From assembly GCF_963921235.1 (NCBI RefSeq), contig NC_086108.1, forward strand, positions 74,216,001 to 74,280,000: a stretch of 64,000 nucleotides of DNA. The letters are read 5' to 3'. The position numbers and the translations under genes are program-made. The notes beneath the pieces are model-generated. The model ran no database searches, was not told where the DNA came from, and saw only the letters and a program-made list of their open reading frames with translations. Positions 14,575 through 27,712 of the stretch are shown one piece after another. Origin of the DNA: Mobula hypostoma (Eukaryota). How positions within the stretch are numbered: position 1 is the stretch's first letter; every line of letters starts with the position of its first letter.

Positions 14575-15001
14575 ATGTATAGTGGAGAGCATACTGACAG
14601 GTCACATCATGGCCTGATACAGAGGCTCCAATGTTCAGGATCAAAAGTGACTGCAGAGGCTTATTGACTCCCTCACGGACAAAACCCTCCCCTACAAGGG
14701 CATTCTTCAAGAGAGGGCTCCTCAAGAAGGTGGCATCCATCATTAAGGACCCTCACGATCTGGGACATACTCTCTCCTCAATACTACCACTGGGGAGGAG
14801 TTCGAGGCACCTGAAGACCCACTTTCAACATTTTAGGACCAGCTTCAACCCCTCTGCCATTTCTGAATGAAATACCTTGCTATTTCTCTTTTGCAATATC
14901 CTTTTATTGTAACTTAGTGATTTTTATGTCTTGCACTGTACTACTGCCACAAAACCACAGATTTCACGATACGTCACGGAAAATGAACCTGATTCTGATT
15001 C
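14575..15001 (+). mobile_element. Rex1-type 3' fragment
   Basis: 'KKVASIIKDPHDLGHTLSSILPLGR..HFRTSFNPSAI'; tail cctgattctgattc. Confidence 0.75.
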
Positions 15002-15282
15002 TTTCCCTAACCATATATTGCATTCTCTGGTACTCAACCAGTCGACGAGACGTAATCCTTCCAAGCCAAGGTCTCCTTTCTTTCACCCAGCAAGTCACTC
15101 TCTGGCCGTTACTGTGCTCACCTAGTGAACATAACTGATCCGTCCTGGGTCACCCAATTGCTTGTGTTAATTCCCTCCTTGGTCATGGAAGGTGATTACT
15201 GATCCCTTATTGGCCATGAGCAGCGCTCACCCGATGGGTGTCTTGGTCGGCATCGAGATTTTAGTAAAATGCACATCCTTAC

Positions 15283-15560
15283 CTCCGCCGACAAAGAGAC
15301 ACGATCAATTATCCAAAGCACAGAATTAAATAATATGCAAAATGAAAACACCAATCCGACCCACGCGAAAACCAGAGCAAGCTATGAGTTCCCGTCCACA
15401 TCAAGCAACCGGCCAACGGCAGCAGCATCAGTGTTCCGTTCCGGACGTGCGGGAATCGGCAGTGAACTGTTTAAATCTGATAAAGAATTGTTCATAAATT
15501 GAATGACAGGGAATTTCAATTCTACTTCTTCGTGGATGGGAAAAGTACTTTAAAAGTGCC
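15283..15560 (-). promoter_or_regulatory. Putative promoter and non-coding first exon of a minus-strand host gene
   Basis: Non-repeat, locally CpG-rich; minus-strand donor GGAG|GTAAGG (exon ends 15283); tandem CGGAA ETS-like cores at about 15434-15444; no ORF spanning the donor recognised. Confidence 0.5.
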
Positions 15561-16724
15561 GGTGGTTTTATCCTTGCGTTGAAATATAATAAAATAAAAA
15601 CAGTAACACAAACGCATGTCTTTCAGTTCAATATTCTCCGATTAATATTTATTCTGCTGATTCCTGTCACAAAATTCATGACTACTGGAAAATTGTAACC
15701 CATGTTCTTTGTACCCCTTTTTAGACAGGCACGACAGACAGTGAATATTTCTAAGGTACCGCCAACAGTTTCTTGACAAAAAACACCGAATCCTCTGGAA
15801 GCACGTATGAATAAACATCTGTGTCTCATTCTGGACCACATCGTCAGCAATGAGGCCTAAATTACACTTAGTCATTTCTCATGAGCATGCAACATTGTTC
15901 ATCTTCCCATAACCAACATTCTGAAATTGATAGCTCCAACCTGACAGGAAATTAACAGGTTTTCAAGGGTGATCTGGGAACTTCATTTAATTACTTTCTT
16001 TGTCCACCTGATAATCTCATGGGTTCAAGATGACTTTGTTTTCACTGCAGTTCTGTGTATGCTGAGAAATCTGACGAGGCAAATGTGGAACCCACTGACT
16101 TCTTTTAACCCCTGGGCTGTAAACAGGAGAAGCTTCACGGGATAGCTGGGTGGGTCACTTGGGAGGTGGCTGACTCCTGCCAATTACTTTGGTTTTAAAT
16201 AGGGTTGAGGTTCTCGAGTGTGAATGTTCCTTCTTTGAGCTGTCTATCAAGCCATCATTGATCACATGTGATTGGCTAAGAAAAAAAATACTCTGTTGGA
16301 CATTGCTGCAATATTTCTTCAGTTTTCATTTTGTTAAGTCCAGTTTCAGATTGTCTGTGGGGCATGTACTTAAGTAATAGGTTACTAAGAACAAGCCCCA
16401 CAGCATATCAATTTTAACTGTTGATGCCTACATGGATCTGTGTGTAAAGTACACAATTAGGACCGAAGTTTCTTTACACTTCTGAAGGTAACAGCACAAA
16501 AAGATCTCAGAACAAAAGAAAACATGCTACCTTGCATGTCAATCTGTTTCAATTCTGTTTTTAAATGAGGAAAAGTTTTGGTTTATATAATTCACTTTAC
16601 TTTTGAAAAATATGAATGTGCAATTTGTTTTGCCACTCCGATTTCTACAAAATCTGGATCAACAAAGTGCCAAATTGCCTATTTTGATACTGGGTCACTT
16701 ACTGTATCATCTGTCTTATCTCTT

Positions 16725-16944
16725 CTGTTGTTGCTGAGTGCCGTCGAGTCGCTGTCGACTCATGGTGGCCTTACGGATAGTGTAGTTGTCCACAGGGTTT
16801 TTGCAGCAAGATATGGAAGGAGATTGCCAGGCCTTTCTTCCACACAGATACTGCTGCTGCCCAGGTTGGGACCCAGCCAGATTCGAACTCAGGACCATCT
16901 GCCTTGAAGTCTAGTGCTGATGCCATTACACCACCAGCCAGCCC
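16725..16944 (-). mobile_element. tRNA-derived SINE with RTE-type 3' tail
   Basis: Minus: A box tggtgtaatgg, B box gagttcgaatc; tail ccatgagtcgacagcgactcgacggcactcagcaacaac; imperfect TSD atctct(t/c)ct(g/a)tt. Confidence 0.8.
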
Positions 16945-17499
16945 ATCTCTCCTATTCTGGAGATCTATTTTGGAACAAAGTAAAGCAAAATCCCTTTCAG
17001 CAGCTCATAGCTGCCGAGGTCAATCACCAGAAACAAGGGCTCAAAATTCCAGTGAAGGATTTCGAACCAGAAACAGTATCTTTGTTTAACTTCACAAAGA
17101 CGCTTCCTGACTTGTTTGGTTCTTCTAGCATTTTCTACTTTCATTTTGCCTCACATGATACAGTTCAAATAAAAGCAACACAAATAATTGATGTACAACC
17201 CTGTTGTTCTGCACTGTAACAGTGACAGAAAGCCAGCAGAATGTATTGGAATACAGTATAGTAATTGGAGCAAACAGCTGGTATCTACCACCACCCTCAG
17301 AGAAACTTTAGCTTCAGTCCAACTCACAGTAGAAAAGTGAACACCATGGAAATGGGTAATTTTGCAAGGTGGAAGTAGTCATGTCAGTTTATAGGGTACC
17401 AAGTTAGAAGCATAAATATGAATCTAGGGAAAAAAAAACGTTCACCATCAGAAGAGGAGTGGGATGAAATGTAGTAATTGCACTGGATCAAAACAAATC

Positions 17500-17632
17500 A
17501 CGCAAGAGATTCTGCAGATGCTGGAAATCCAGAGTAACACATACAAAATGTTGGAGGAACTCAGCAAGTTGGACAGCATCTATGGAGAGGAATAAAGAGC
17601 TGACGTTTTGGCCAAGACCCTTCAGCAGAACT
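17500..17632 (-). mobile_element. Penelope tail remnant
   Basis: ctgcagatgctggaaatcc...tgacgttttggccaagacccttcagcagaact (decayed hammerhead on minus strand). Confidence 0.75.
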
Positions 17633-18267
17633 CAGAACAATGACTTCTTTTCAACATTAAATCAGAGAAAATATTAGGTAATTCACTGTTGAACAAGCAT
17701 TTGGAAAGGAATAGGAACAGCTCAACTTATCAAGAGATGCTGCAGACTCATTACCACTCCCTTGTCCCCCACCACTTCCACTAAACTGGAAGGACAAAAA
17801 AGGGGAGGAAATTAAGCAGGTTTAACTGTGTAAGGGGTGACTATCCCAAATGCATTGCACTTTTTTTAATATTTTATTTTTGTTCATTCCTGTTTCCATA
17901 CAGTCTGATTAATTTTTAGTACAACTGAGAAGGCAAGTCATATGGCTGGTCCTGCATGCCTTGCAAGGAAGATGGTTTAATGGTTGGAGAGTGAGGGAAC
18001 ATCTGGGTGGGCTTGTGGGATTCGGTTTGGAGCAAAGGACTGATCCTGCTGTAGGGAGTTGCTCTCGGGCAAGAAGGTAGGTAGAGAGAGCAGGAAGTGA
18101 CAGAGTTTGTGAATGGGAGGTTGTATGTGGTGATAAGAGTTGTATGGAGGAAGGCGAGTGGCAGGTTTCCAGGAAACAGAAAAATAAGTGGCTGATTGAG
18201 TGGCTTATCATCGGTGATGAAGGCAGTAAAAAGGATTTAAATAAAAGAAGGAAGGAAGAGATTAAGG

Positions 18268-18461
18268 CAGGGGTGGCCAACCTTTTACATTCCATGCGAC
18301 AATTTTTTCACTCACGAGTTCAGATGCGCCAAACAACTCTTGTACCCCCATTGAATTCTTGTAAAAATATGTTAATACAGAACTCATGTGTGAAAAAAAT
18401 CACATCTGAACTCGTGCGTGAAAAACTTGACGCATGGAATATAAATAGTTGGCCGCCTCTG
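18268..18461. mobile_element. hAT (Charlie-like) MITE inside Nimb ORF1
   Basis: About 59-bp imperfect TIRs (caggggtggccaacc... / ...gttggccgcctctg); 8-bp TSD gattaagg / gtttaagg. Confidence 0.85.
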
Positions 18462-20662
18462 GTTTAAGGTATTGTTAAGTTTTGAATGCGGACCTGTTTC
18501 TGACATCAATCCAACGGGACTAACTAGAGAGATATTGTGGATGCAAGCCCTTTTAAAAGATGGGCATTTTGTGAAGATGGTAAGCAATGCAGGAAAGCTT
18601 TGGGTTTTAAATCTGTGGAAGGAAGGAAAGTAACACCAAGGAATTATATTGGTTTTGGGGAGTAGTTTCTGGAGTTCTTCTAGATGTATCCATGTAAAAA
18701 TAATTTCGTCGGGGGAAAAGTTGTTGCGCTAAACACTTAAAATGGTTTTGTAATGGAGTAAGAACAGACCCTTAAATTTGATGGAAAGAAGTTGCAAGCT
18801 AGGGTTAATTTACATTATATGAATAATAGGGTTTAAGTCTTGTTGCCGTCCCCTCGGAGATGTTTTCAATGCCAGAAGTTTGGCCACGTGGCAGCTGAAT
18901 GTAAGAGTAAAAAGCACTGTGGTAGATGTGGTGGAGGACCATGATCATGGCAATTGTGTTGGAAGTGTTAGACTAAAATACAGCAATTGTTGAGGAGAAT
19001 GTAGCTCTGTTTATGCAGGGTATCCTGTATATAAGAAAATTGTGTCAGTGCTACCTGTTGACATGGAAATGGGGATATAATATGGAGAGGCTCTGCAGAA
19101 AGTAAAGAAGACAGGGACCTATTAATATTCAGAACACAGATAAAGACAGTGTGTAAAGTACATTATTGTATAACAAAGGATTTGTTGATTGTTGATAAAC
19201 TAATGCTTGAGACTTTCATGGTAAATGTGGTGAATAGTATAGCACAAGATAAAAGTCGAAAAGAAAAAATAAAATTATATTAAAAGCTGCAGAAAAAACA
19301 TCTTGAGATAAAAGACTTAACTCTAGAAGTTATTAATGATGCCTTATAAGGAGGAGTAAATAATGTTCGGACTTCAAAGTAGGGATATTAATGTTTTTCC
19401 TCATCTTAAAATGGAATGCCAGAAGTCTGTTAGCTAATGGTCAAGAATTTAAGAAATTTATAGAAGATTTACCCAATAAGCCTGAAGTTATATGTGTACA
19501 GAAAACCTGGTTGAAATCTTGTCTAAGTTTTAATATACAAGTTTATGTTGATACTTAATAATACACAATCGAGTAATTGAGGAGGGGTGGCTACCTTAGT
19601 CAAAAATGGTGTAGCACATATAGTGTTATGGAAACTGGGGTTGTTTGTGAGTCAATTGTGGTTGAAATTTGGGGAAAGAATAGTAAGGTATAGATAATAA
19701 CTTTTATAACCCTTGTGAAAGGTTAATACCTGATATATTGGAAAGTGAGGGAGGAAATGGAAAAATAAGTCCATATAGCATGTGTGTTTTAATGCTCATC
19801 GTACCAAGTGGGGTTGTAGTGACATAAATGTGAATGGGACAGTGGTGGAAGACTTTCTGCAAGAAAAATGATGCTTGAATGTGCTTGAATGATGGTAGGA
19901 GTACAAAGATAAATCTATTTGATAACATTGTTTCTGCTATCGACCTTATGCTGTTATTTGAGGATGCAGCAAGTATGTGTAAACAGGAAGTGTATAATGA
20001 TACAACAGTGGTGAGTTATCATTTCCCCATTATCTGCACAATGGGAATGGATGTATGTCAGCAGAAAGGTTCTCATATCCCCAAATGGAATTTTAAAAAG
20101 ACAAATAGGGATGTATTTGATGAATTATGTGATTTCCTGATCACTCGATGTTATAGAATATTAGTTAAGTAATAATACCTTGTGCTTTGTACTCATTGGG
20201 AGATAATAAAAGGAAAGCTGTTTCCTGCTGTCAGATGAATGTCACAGAGCTGTGAAGGAATGAACAGTGCTTTTTGGAAAGTTAGGCAGTTATATTTTTC
20301 CTATTATATTAAAGAGCTATAGTTAGAAAGGTAGTAAGAAGGGCAAAGAAAATGAATTGGAGGATGTACTATGATAGCATTGGGAAAGGGATCTAGGGAA
20401 AGTTTGGGCTATGATACAGAAAACTGGGGGGGGGGGCTGGTTAGAAAATTTGATGCATTACCAGTTTTCTATGGTGGGGAGAAGGTTGCAGTTACCGACT
20501 CTGAAAAAGCAGAATTTTTAGGAAAAGCAGAGGTTAGTGTACATAGTTCAGCCATGTAAATGAAGAACAAAGGTCTAAGAGAGAAACAGTCTTGATAAGC
20601 AATACACACAAAAAATGCTGGTGGAATGCAGCAGGCCAGGCAGCATCTATAGGAAGAGGTAC

Positions 20663-20697
20663 AGTCGACGTTTCAGGCCGAGACCCTTCGTCAGGAC
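20663..20697 (-). ncRNA. Minimal type I hammerhead ribozyme motif (Penelope-associated)
   Basis: Minus: GTC CTGACGA AGGGTCTCGGCCT GAAA CGTC GAC; catalytic core intact, palindromic ACGT in place of helix III. Confidence 0.7.
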
Positions 20698-20810
20698 AAA
20701 CTGAAAGAAGAGCTAGTAAGAGATTTGAAAGTAGGAGGGGAAGGGACGATCCTTTATCCTTTATCGCCCCCCCCCTACTTTCAAATCTCTTACTATCTCT
20801 TCTTTCAGTT

Positions 20811-20846
20811 AGTCCTGATGAAGGGTCTCGGCCTGAAATGTCGACT
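20811..20846 (+). ncRNA. Minimal hammerhead ribozyme motif (ACGT palindrome decayed to ATGT)
   Basis: AGTC CTGATGA AGGGTCTCGGCCT GAAA TGTC GACT. Confidence 0.6.
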
Positions 20847-21196
20847 GTACCTCTTCCTATAGATGCTGCCTGGCCTGCTGTGTTCCACCAGCATATTTTG
20901 TGTGTGTTGCTTGAATTTCCAGCATCTGCAGCTTTCTTCGTGTCTTGATAAGCAATCCTTAGATTGTTGAGAAAAAAAACGTTCCAGTTCCTATTTGAAT
21001 GTTGAACTTACAATGTCTGAACTTAAAAGGGCTATTAATAGTGCTGGTTACACATCACCTGGGAAAGATGATATTTGTTATAATATGTTTACATGGTTAT
21101 CAAATTGGAAGCTTATGTTGGTTTTGAAATTCTTTAATACAATATGGGTTGAAGGATGAACTTCTTGCTTCCTGGAAATTAGTGGTTGTTATCCCT

Positions 21197-23376
21197 GTGC
21201 AGACGTGGGCAGTGACCATGACCTTGTCATGATGAACATCAGAGTGTGCTTGAGGAGAGTCAACAAGCCAAAAAACAGCCGGCTGAGATTCGACCTTGAA
21301 AAACTGAAAGACCCCGTCATCTCTGAAGAATTTCAGGCAGCAATTGGAGGGATGTTTGCACCAATACTCCTCCTTGATGAAGACCTGGAGACCACCACAA
21401 ATAACTTTAACACAGTGATGACGGAAACAGCAAGCAAGATTCTGGGGAAAAGCCACCGCAAGTCATTAAGAAGATACTGGATATGTGTGACACAAGAAGG
21501 AAATTAAAGAAAGATAAAAACACAGCAGAGGGAAGAACAGAATACAGGAAAATCAACAAGAAATCAGGAGGGAAGTGAGGGAAGCAAAGCAAAGATGGAT
21601 AGTCAAACAATGTGTGGACATTGAAGGCAGCCTCTCCAACAACAACACAAGAAGGCATTCCAACTGGTGAAAGATCTTACCAAAGAAAAACAAACCAAAG
21701 TGAACACCATCCAAGACAAAAATGACAAAAGTCTCACAGAAGGAAAGGAAATAATGAAAAGGTGGACAGAGTACTGTTCTGAACTGTACAACTACCAGAG
21801 CAAAGGGGATCCAAGCGTGCTGAACGTGCAGGAATCTTCCAATGAGGATGACTATCCAATCATGCGTGAAGATGTTGAAGCCGCAATACAGTCACTGAAG
21901 TGAGGGAAGTCAGCAGGAGTTGACAACATCCCTGCTGAACTGCTGAAGCATGGAGGAGAGGCCACGATAGACATGCTTACCACCATTTGCAATAAGATCT
22001 GGCAGACAGGTGAATGGCTGACACCTTGGACTCAGTCGCTGATCACTGTGCTTCCCAAGAAAGGCAATCTCCAACTTTGCCAGAATTACCGTACCATCAG
22101 TTTGATCAGCCATGTAAACAAGGTAATGCTCAGAATCATCTTGAACAGACTGAGACCTCGGGCAGAAGACATCATTGCTGAGGAACAAGCAGGCTTCCGT
22201 AAGGGCAGATGCACCACCAAGCAGATTTTCAACCTCTGCACCCTCTGTGAGAAACACCTTCAGCACCAGAGAGAGTTCTACCATGTCTTCAAAGACTTCA
22301 AGAAGGTGTTTGACAGAGCCTGGCATGATGCCTTATGGGCCACCATGAAGAAATTCAACATGGGGCAGAAGCTGATTCACACAATCCATCAGCTTTATGC
22401 CAAGGCAACCAGTGCAGTACTGGCTCAGGGCACCATTGGGGAGTGGTTCCATACCTCTGTAGGGGTCCGTCAGGGCTGCCTCCTCTCCCCCACTCTCTTC
22501 AACGTCTTCCTGGAACGAATCATGAGTGTTGCTCTTGAAGATTATGTGGGCACAGTCAGCATCAGAGGGAGGAACACCACAAACCTAAGATTTGCTGACG
22601 ACATTGATGGACTTGCAGGAAAAGAGGACAGACTGGCCAACCTGGTCAGCCATCTTGACAGAGCCTCCACAAAGTTTGGAATGGAAATAAGTGCCGAGAA
22701 AACCAAGCTCATGGCAAACACCAATGGTGCCATCACAACAGACATGGTCAGAAACTTGAGGCAGCAGTTTAAATACCTGGGGGCAATCATCAGTGATGAA
22801 GGATCAAGACCAGAAGTCCTGGCAAGAACCACACAGACAATGACTGCACTATCCAAACTCAACACAACATGGAGGGACAGCAACATCACCATGAAGTACA
22901 AGATCAGACTCCTGCGTGCGTTGGTATTCTCCACTTTCCTGTACGCATGTGAGACATGGACCCTCACAGCAGAGCTACAAAGGAAGATACAGGCATTGGA
23001 AATGAGATGCTATCGCAACATCTTGGGCATCTCATACTTGAACCACATCACAAACGAGCAGGTCCGCAAGACCATCCAGCACCACATTGGCCACCATGAA
23101 GACCTTCTCACAACGGTGAAGAAAAGAAAGCTGAGATGGTACAGCCACGTAACAAGATCCGGTGACCTTGCAAAGATAGTTCTACAAGGAACTGTGGAGG
23201 GGAAAAGGAGAGGGAGACAGAGGAAAAGATGGATGGACAACATTAAAGAATGGACAGGGAAAACATTTGCGGTGACCCAGGCTCTGGTACACAACCATGA
23301 CAGATGGAACAGACTGGTGCAAAGCTTGTCATGACGGCGCCCCGACGACTCCACCAGGAGTTAAGGGCGCAAGGCA
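21197..23376 (+). mobile_element. RTE-clade LINE, 5'-truncated, inside the Nimb RT
   Basis: APE end 'GSDHDLV', RT ORF 21973-23334; tail gcaaggca; direct repeat atccct at 21191-21196 and 23377-23382; Nimb reading 'VVIP-ILKLGKD' resumes afterwards. Confidence 0.9.
21973..23334 (+). CDS. RTE retrotransposon reverse transcriptase (partial ORF, 453 aa)
   Basis: 'NYRTISLISH..EEQAGFRKGR..GVRQGCLLSPTLFN..LRFADD..LYACETWT..GKRRGRQRKRWMD'. Confidence 0.85.
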   Translation: MLTTICNKIWQTGEWLTPWTQSLITVLPKKGNLQLCQNYRTISLISHVNKVMLRIILNRLRPRAEDIIAEEQAGFRKGRCTTKQIFNLCTLCEKHLQHQREFYHVFKDFKKVFDRAWHDALWATMKKFNMGQKLIHTIHQLYAKATSAVLAQGTIGEWFHTSVGVRQGCLLSPTLFNVFLERIMSVALEDYVGTVSIRGRNTTNLRFADDIDGLAGKEDRLANLVSHLDRASTKFGMEISAEKTKLMANTNGAITTDMVRNLRQQFKYLGAIISDEGSRPEVLARTTQTMTALSKLNTTWRDSNITMKYKIRLLRALVFSTFLYACETWTLTAELQRKIQALEMRCYRNILGISYLNHITNEQVRKTIQHHIGHHEDLLTTVKKRKLRWYSHVTRSGDLAKIVLQGTVEGKRRGRQRKRWMDNIKEWTGKTFAVTQALVHNHDRWNRLVQSLS

Positions 23377-23782
23377 ATCCCTATACTGAAACTTGGTAAA
23401 GATCAATCAAATTTTTCCAGGTATAGTCCTATTTTGCTAACTTTACATTTATGTAAGATAATGGAATGAATGGTAGTAGCAAGGCTTTCTTATTTTGTGG
23501 AAAGTAGTGAATAATTCGCCGTATACCAATCTGGATTTCGTAAAGGGAGAATGACCATGGACTCGGTGTTAAATTTGGAATCTGATATTCGTGAGGCCCA
23601 AGTTAATAAAGAATCAGTGGTAGCAGATTTCTTGACGTAGAGAAAACTTATGATATGTTATGGACACAAGGGTTACTGCATAAACTGGAAACGACGGGAA
23701 TCAGTGGTAGAATGATCAATTAGATTCAAGATTTTCTTTTATGTGAGAGGAAGATACAAGTGATGGTGGGAACAACATTTTC

Positions 23783-24386
23783 ATAGACAGTGGCTGTACT
23801 TTATTACAAGTTTGAAGAGATTTGGCATGTCAACAAACATACTCAAAAACTTATATAATTGTACTGTGGAGAACATTCTGACAGGCTGCATCACTGTGTG
23901 ATATGGAGGGGCTACTGCACAGGACTGAAAGAAACTGCGGAAGATTGTAAATCTAGTCAGCTCCATCCTGGGTACTAGCCTACAAAGTACCCAGGACATC
24001 TTTAGGGAGCGGTGTATCAGAAAGGCAGCGTCCATTATTAAGGACCTCCAGCACCCAGGGCATGCCCTTTTCTCACTGTCACCATCAGTTAGGAGGTACA
24101 GAAGCCCGAAGGCATACAATTCAGGAACAGCTTCTTCCCCTCTGCCATCTGATTCTTAAATGGAAATTGAATCTTTGGACACTACCTTACTTATTTCTGT
24201 TTTTGCACGCTTTAAAAAATCTATTCAATACATGTAATTGATTTACTTGTTTACTCATTATTTTTATTTTATTTATTATTATTATTTTTTTCTCTCTGCT
24301 CGATTATGTAGAGGTATTGCATTGAACTGCTGCTGCTAAGTTAACAAATTTCACATCACATGCTGGTGATAATAAACCTGATTCTG
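23783..24386 (+). mobile_element. Rex1-type 3' fragment inside Nimb
   Basis: Closely similar to 12640-13235; tail aataaacctgattctg. Confidence 0.85.
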
Positions 24387-25342
24387 CTCCTAAGGAGTAT
24401 GAGATAGAGAATGTGTATAGTCTACTCTGTTTTAATGATATTTTCTTAAAAATGTTGGCACAGACATTTCCAAATCATTATATGCTGATGATGGTGCAGT
24501 GTGGAAGAGAGGCAGGAATAGAAATTACATAGTTAGGAAAGTGCAGGCTGCTATTAATGAAGTAGAGGAATTGGAACATCGCTGGGGGGCTAAATTTTCC
24601 GGGCACAGACTCAAGCTAGTTGTTTTTTTCGAAAAGGAATATTACACCCACAATTGATCTCAACTTATATGGTAAATCTCTGAAACAAGAGTCAGTGGTA
24701 AGGTTTCCAGGTATGTGCATAGACACATGGCTAATATGGAAGGTGCATATGAATAGAATTCTTGGGAAATGTAAAAAATCCCTCAATGTGCTCAGGTGCT
24801 TAATTGGGTGTGATTGGGGTGCAAGTTGGAGGTCATTTAAACAAATGTATATTGCTTTGATCAGAACTATTTTTGATTTTGGATGTGTTGCCTCACCAGC
24901 ACTAGCTTGAGCTGTACTTTGAACTTTAATTGACTTTAAAACCCCTAGTTAAACTCAATCCTTGAGATTATGTTGTGCTGCTATTAAATTATCCCCAATT
25001 TTGGCATTACTGGTAGAAAAGGGTGAAATACCTTTACATCTATGCAGGTTACTGTTGGGTTATCAGAAGAGGATATAAAGATATTCATCCAGTATTGGTA
25101 ACATTTGAAGAGTGTTAGGAGCAATGCATTCATAAGGTCTTCAGTTTTGGATGGATGAGAAATAAATGGTCACAAAACCTTGGATTGCTCAATGTGGAAT
25201 AAGGTTCCACTGTACTCCTTTCTGTCACTCCTCTGTGGTTTTTCCCTTTGTCTGAGGTTGGTTTGGTTCTTCAGGAAAAGATAATATGAGAGTGATTGTA
25301 TATTAGTGGCACAGCAAGGCAGATATTATGGCTTCTTACTTA

Positions 25343-25765
25343 TTAGATTATGAGGACACGCAGTCCTCTTTTATTGTCATTTAGTAATGCATGCATTAAG
25401 AAATGATTCAATGTTTTTCCAGAATGATATTAGAGAAACACATGATAAACCGACTTAAAAACTGACAAAAACCACATAATTATAACATATAGTTACAACA
25501 GTGCAAAGCAATACCGTAATTTGATAAGAACAGACCATGGGCACGGTAAAAGTCTCAAAGTCTCTCGAAAGTCCCATCATCTCACACAGACAGTGAACCT
25601 CCAGCGCCGCAAACTTGCCGATGCAGCATCCTGGAAGCATCTGACCACAGTCCAACTCCGAGCCTCCGACCAGCTCTCCAGCACTGAGCACTGAGCACCA
25701 TCTCTGCCAAGCGCTTCGACCCCGGCCCCGGCAACAGGCAATAGGCAAAGCCGAGGATTTGGGGC
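25343..25765 (-). mobile_element. Short retroposon (LINE 3' end or SINE) inserted in the Nimb RNase H region
   Basis: Interrupts 'FLLI|STDGS'; minus-strand aataaa and tail cctcataatctaa; family not identified. Confidence 0.55.
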
Positions 25766-25944
25766 CTATCTCCACAGATGGTTCAAACGATCCATTGACA
25801 GGTCACTTTGGTGTTTCTGTTTATATTCCAAAGTTTCATGTGACTATTAAGAAAAGATTATCAAACAAAGCATCAGTATTCATATCTGAGATTGCTATCA
25901 TTTTACCCTTAGAATGGATCAAAGAAGTACGCCCTGATTATGTA

Positions 25945-27520
25945 CAGGTTTCCCCCGCCATCCGAAGGTAGAGCGTTCCTATGAAACGGTTCGTAAGCTG
26001 AAATGTCGTAAAGCGAAGAAGCAATTACCATTTATTTATATGGGAAAATTTTGTGAGCATTCACAGACCCAAAAATAACCTACCAAATCATGCCAAATAA
26101 CACATAAAACCTAAAATAACAGTAACATATAGTAAAAGCAGGAATGATATGATAAATACACAGCCTATATAAAGTAGAAATACTTTTCCACAATCATTAC
26201 TGAACTGTTCTCCGGAGTGAAAATCTCACGCAAGCGCAGTCGGCAGAAAATCTCACGCAAGCGCTGTTGGCAAAAACACGCGCAAGTGCTCTCCAGTAAC
26301 CTTTAAGCTATGAAGCTGCCAAATCATACCAAATAACATGTAAAAAATACACAGCCTATATAAAGTAGAATTAATGTATGTACAGTGTAGTATCACTTAC
26401 GGGAATCGGGACAGTGCCGAGCACACTGATGATGGTGTGTTAAACTGAGTTGTTGGAGTTTGGGTGGTGCAGTGGCCCCCCACCCTCCAGGCCACTGAGC
26501 GATACATTGCCGCGAAGAACGCAGGGGTCCAGTGGTAGCCGGGAGGTACACAGCACATCCTTGAAAAAAGCCAAAACAAAAATGCTAATTAATTAGGTGC
26601 CGCCCGTAATTGTCAGCCCAGATCAGTGCCGATTTCCGATTGCGTCGTCTCTGATCTGGGCCGACAATTACGTGTCGGCGGCACCTAATTAATTAGTATG
26701 TTTATTTCGGCTTTTTTCTTAAAGATGTGCTGTGTGCCTCCCGGCTACCTTTGCATTCTCCGCGAATCGGTATTTGTCCGTGGCCTGGGGGTTGGGGTGG
26801 TGGGACACTGGGGTGTCATCTTGTCGCCTGTTTCCATTAGAGCAGGCAGTTCAGCTTCTGCTATGACTGCCCGCCTCAATGTTGAAGGTCGAGGTTCGTC
26901 GTCTGCTGTGGCTGATGTGGAAGGCTTGCTTGACTGCTGAGCCTCACGCATTTTTCTATCACACAGTTCTTTATAAGGACTCAAACCATCCTGCAAATAT
27001 CCCCTAAACTGACGTACCCTTTCAAAATTAAAGTCATACTTTATCATTACTCATTCGGTTTCGATTGTTATCCTTTTTTCTTCCAATTGCATCAGCTCTT
27101 CATCGTCAGTTCTTGGTGATGGGATGCCAAAACCTCTTCAACATCATCTTCATCAACTTTCACAAGCCAAACTCACATTGTCCTTACTTTGTTCACCACG
27201 ATCAAAATGCTTAATTATGTCTAGTTTTACTGTAAGTGTAACACCCTTACGAACTCTTTCAGGCTTTTCCGATACCATAGAACTCATCTTGCAAACGGCT
27301 GCTCACAGGCTCGTGTTTAAGCAATGCTGGCGAGAATCTGGGGGAGAGCGGCTGCTTGGGGTGCGCTGCCTTTTATCGCGCGCTGATTTTTTATCGCGTG
27401 CTGAATTTTTTTTTCGTAACGGTGAAAACACCTTCTGAAAGTGAAAATAGGGTACTAATGTAGGTCTTTCGTAACAGTGAGGTTTCGTAAAGCGAACGTT
27501 CGAAAAGCGGGGGACACCTG
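25945..27520 (-). mobile_element. Tigger/pogo (TcMar) internally deleted DNA transposon
   Basis: TIRs caggtttcccccgc / gcgggggacacctg with TA on both sides; minus-strand N-terminal HTH 'RKGVTLTVKLDIIKHFDRGE' joined to C-terminal 'EDDVEEVLASHHQELTDEELMQLEE'. Confidence 0.88.
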
Positions 27521-27712
27521 TACTTTAGTGCTCTGATCCATTCTTGGTTTTGACATCTAATAAAACAGCTATTTCAGATTATCGGGCAGATATTCTTCTT
27601 GAGATTGGTCAACATCTGTTGAGGCTGCAGGATCTAGGTGTGTGTTTATATTTCTTATGGGTCCCTGCCAATGTTGAGGTTGAGGGAAACGAGATGGCAG
27701 ATATTCTAGCCA

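Larger units (their letters stand above)
20604..20941. mobile_element. Penelope tail insertion as an inverted (hairpin) pair inside Nimb ORF2
   Basis: Two ~140-bp inverted arms; 15-bp direct repeat gtcttgataagcaat at 20589-20603 and 20942-20956. Confidence 0.85.
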
